DNA of 63,987 nt, filler included, from Nemertoderma westbladi (Eukaryota > Animalia > Xenacoelomorpha): NCBI GenBank assembly GCA_032718475.1. It is 3 parts of 3 records of this genome, joined end to end, with 100 filler letters (N's around TTAATTAATTAA, not from the genome) between each part and the next. Parts side by side here need not be neighbours in the genome. Positions count along the whole stretch, not along the records: positions 46,118 to 63,987 come from JAUCBJ010006210.1; 2 more parts are not named here. One strand, written 5' to 3'. Below, one piece after another: positions 62,160 through 63,987 of this stretch. The first letter of the stretch is position 1. Every line of letters starts with the position of its first letter. The notes beneath the pieces were generated by a model. It did not search any database. It was not told the DNA's origin and saw nothing but the letters and a program-made list of their open reading frames with translations. The translations under genes were made by a program, and so were the position numbers.

Positions 62160-63987
62160 TTAATCAACTTCTTCTATTGTAGGTCCGCCACTCCCAGAAC
62201 CTCCTCCCGGAGCTCCAGGCATCCCTTCTCCTGGCATCCCACCCGGCATCCCTCCAGGCATCCCTCCCGGAGCCCCACCCGCCTGGTACAACTTGGTCAC
62301 GATGGGTTGGGTTATCTTCTCCAACTCCTTCTGATGGAACTCGAACTCATCTTTCTCGGCGGCCTGGTTGCTATCCAACCATTTCAACGTCTCCTCACAC
62401 TTATCCATAACGGTCTTCTTGTCCTCCTCCGATATCTTATCCTTTATCTTATCGTCCTCGAACGTCGATTTGATATGATAGACGTAGGACTCCAGCCCGT
62501 TCTTGGCTTGCACTTTCTCAGCTTGGGCTTCGTCCTCAGCTTTGAACCGTTCCGCCTCGTTCACCATTCTCTCGATGTCCTCCTTACTGAGTCGCCCCTT
62601 ATCGTTAGTGATGGTGATTTTATTCTCCTTGCCGGTCGATTTATCCGCGGCTGTGACGTTTAGGATCCCGTTGGCGTCGATATCGAATGTGACGTCGATC
62701 TGCGGGACCCCTCGCGGCGCCGGCGGTATCCCCGACAACTCGAACTTACCGAGGAGGTTATTGTCTTTAGTCATGGTTCGCTCGCCTTCTAGGATCTGGA
62801 TGAGCACCCCGGGTTGGTTGTCCGAGTAGGTGGTGAACGTCTGGGTCATCTTGGTTGGGATCGTTGTGTTCCGTTTGATTAATGACGTCATCACACCTCC
62901 GGCCGTCTCTATCCCCATGGACAACGGGGCCACGTCCAGGAGAAGGAGGTCCTGGACTTCCTCCGACTTGTCCCCGGAGAGGATGGCGGCCTGAACCGCG
63001 GCTCCGTAGGCCACCGCCTCATCCGGATTGATCGACTTGCACAACTCCTTCCCGTTGAAGAAATCCTGCAGGAGTTTCTGTATCTTCGGTATCCTGGTGG
63101 AACCCCCGACCAGCACCAACTCGTGGATGTCTTTCTTCTCGAACTTCCCGTCCTTCAGCGCTTTCTCCACGGGGAGTAGCGTGTCCCGGAACAGATCGGC
63201 GCACAACTCCTCGAACCGAGCTCGCGTTATCGACGTGTAGAAGTCGATCCCCTCGAACAACGAGTCGATCTCGATCGAGGCCTGAGTGCTGGAACTCAGT
63301 GTCCGCTTGGCGCGTTCGCAGGCCGTCCGCAACCGACGGACTGTCCGTTTGTTCCCCGATATTTCCTTCTTGTGTTTCCGTTTGAACTCCTGCATGAAGT
63401 GGTTCACCATCCTGCTATCGAAGTCCTCCCCGCCCAGATGGGTGTCTCCCGCCGTCGATTTCACCTCGAATATTCCGTCCTCGATGGTCAACGTCGAGAC
63501 ATCGAATGTCCCACCCCCCAGATCGAAGATCAACACGTGTTTCTCGAGGCCGGACTTTTTGTCCAACCCGTAAGCGATGGCGGCCGCTGTGGGTTCGTTG
63601 ATGACCCGAAGAACGTTGATTCCAGCTATAACTCCCGCATCTTTAGTCGCTTGTCGTTGGCTGTCGTTGAAGTAGGCCGGTACAGTAATCACTGCATCCT
63701 TGACTGTTTTACCGAGGTAAGCCTCGGCTGTCTCTTTCATCTTCGTCAGGACCATAGAACTAATCTCCTCTGGGAAGAACTGCTTGGTTTCGGCTTTGTA
63801 TTCCACTTCGATCTTTGGTTTCCCGTCGACTTTTGCGACTTTGAACGGCCAGAGTTTCTTATCTGATTGGACAGTTGGGTCATCGTATTTTCGACCGATG
63901 AGGCGTTTCGCGTCGAACACCGTGTTACTGGGGTTCAGCGCCACCTGATTCTTAGCGGCGTCGCCGATGAGCCGCTCGTTGTCGGTG
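62160..63987 (-). CDS. HSP70: Cytosolic heat-shock protein 70 (HSC70/HSP70); 5' end lies outside the window
   Basis: [46 protein letters not shown] repeats and the GPTIEEVD terminus. The frame is open to the window edge. Confidence 0.98.
   Translation of the reverse strand, partial: TDNERLIGDAAKNQVALNPSNTVFDAKRLIGRKYDDPTVQSDKKLWPFKVAKVDGKPKIEVEYKAETKQFFPEEISSMVLTKMKETAEAYLGKTVKDAVITVPAYFNDSQRQATKDAGVIAGINVLRVINEPTAAAIAYGLDKKSGLEKHVLIFDLGGGTFDVSTLTIEDGIFEVKSTAGDTHLGGEDFDSRMVNHFMQEFKRKHKKEISGNKRTVRRLRTACERAKRTLSSSTQASIEIDSLFEGIDFYTSITRARFEELCADLFRDTLLPVEKALKDGKFEKKDIHELVLVGGSTRIPKIQKLLQDFFNGKELCKSINPDEAVAYGAAVQAAILSGDKSEEVQDLLLLDVAPLSMGIETAGGVMTSLIKRNTTIPTKMTQTFTTYSDNQPGVLIQILEGERTMTKDNNLLGKFELSGIPPAPRGVPQIDVTFDIDANGILNVTAADKSTGKENKITITNDKGRLSKEDIERMVNEAERFKAEDEAQAEKVQAKNGLESYVYHIKSTFEDDKIKDKISEEDKKTVMDKCEETLKWLDSNQAAEKDEFEFHQKELEKITQPIVTKLYQAGGAPGGMPGGMPGGMPGEGMPGAPGGGSGSGGPTIEEVD

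Noticed and set aside
62307-63866. Plus-strand ORFs overlapping HSP70
   Set aside because: Antisense open frames are a known by-product of HSP70 codon usage.

Overview
Repeat-rich animal (probably invertebrate) nuclear DNA. It has spliceosomal introns, LINEs, DNA transposons and about ten tandem-repeat arrays, and two 100-nt N-linkers (20529-20628, 46018-46117) split it into three pieces whose adjacency is not guaranteed. Host genes or gene parts are a WD40 protein, an RNF8-like RING protein, two TRAPPC9 exons, two paralogous C2H2 zinc-finger loci, INTS10 exon 1, a SnoaL/NTF2-like ORF and a cytosolic HSP70. The most notable signal is non-coding: a 416-bp head-to-tail repeat (33549-34438) that joins a tRNA-like Pol III head to a type I hammerhead ribozyme with a minimal palindromic stem III. 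It resembles retrozymes and schistosome Sm-alpha, occurs at three loci, and each copy starts with an inverted segment. A second, unrelated hammerhead at 9163-9213 has the same inverted architecture. Other highlights are a GC-rich island encoding a DEDDy exonuclease plus CCHC knuckles, a near-full-length LINE whose ORF1 and ORF2 are in frame across one TGA, an LDLa exon split by a transposon, and two RTE copies nested in opposite orientations inside one RTE. Most long ORFs in the supplied track are translations of satellite DNA. All family assignments come from motif recognition by eye; no database search was run.
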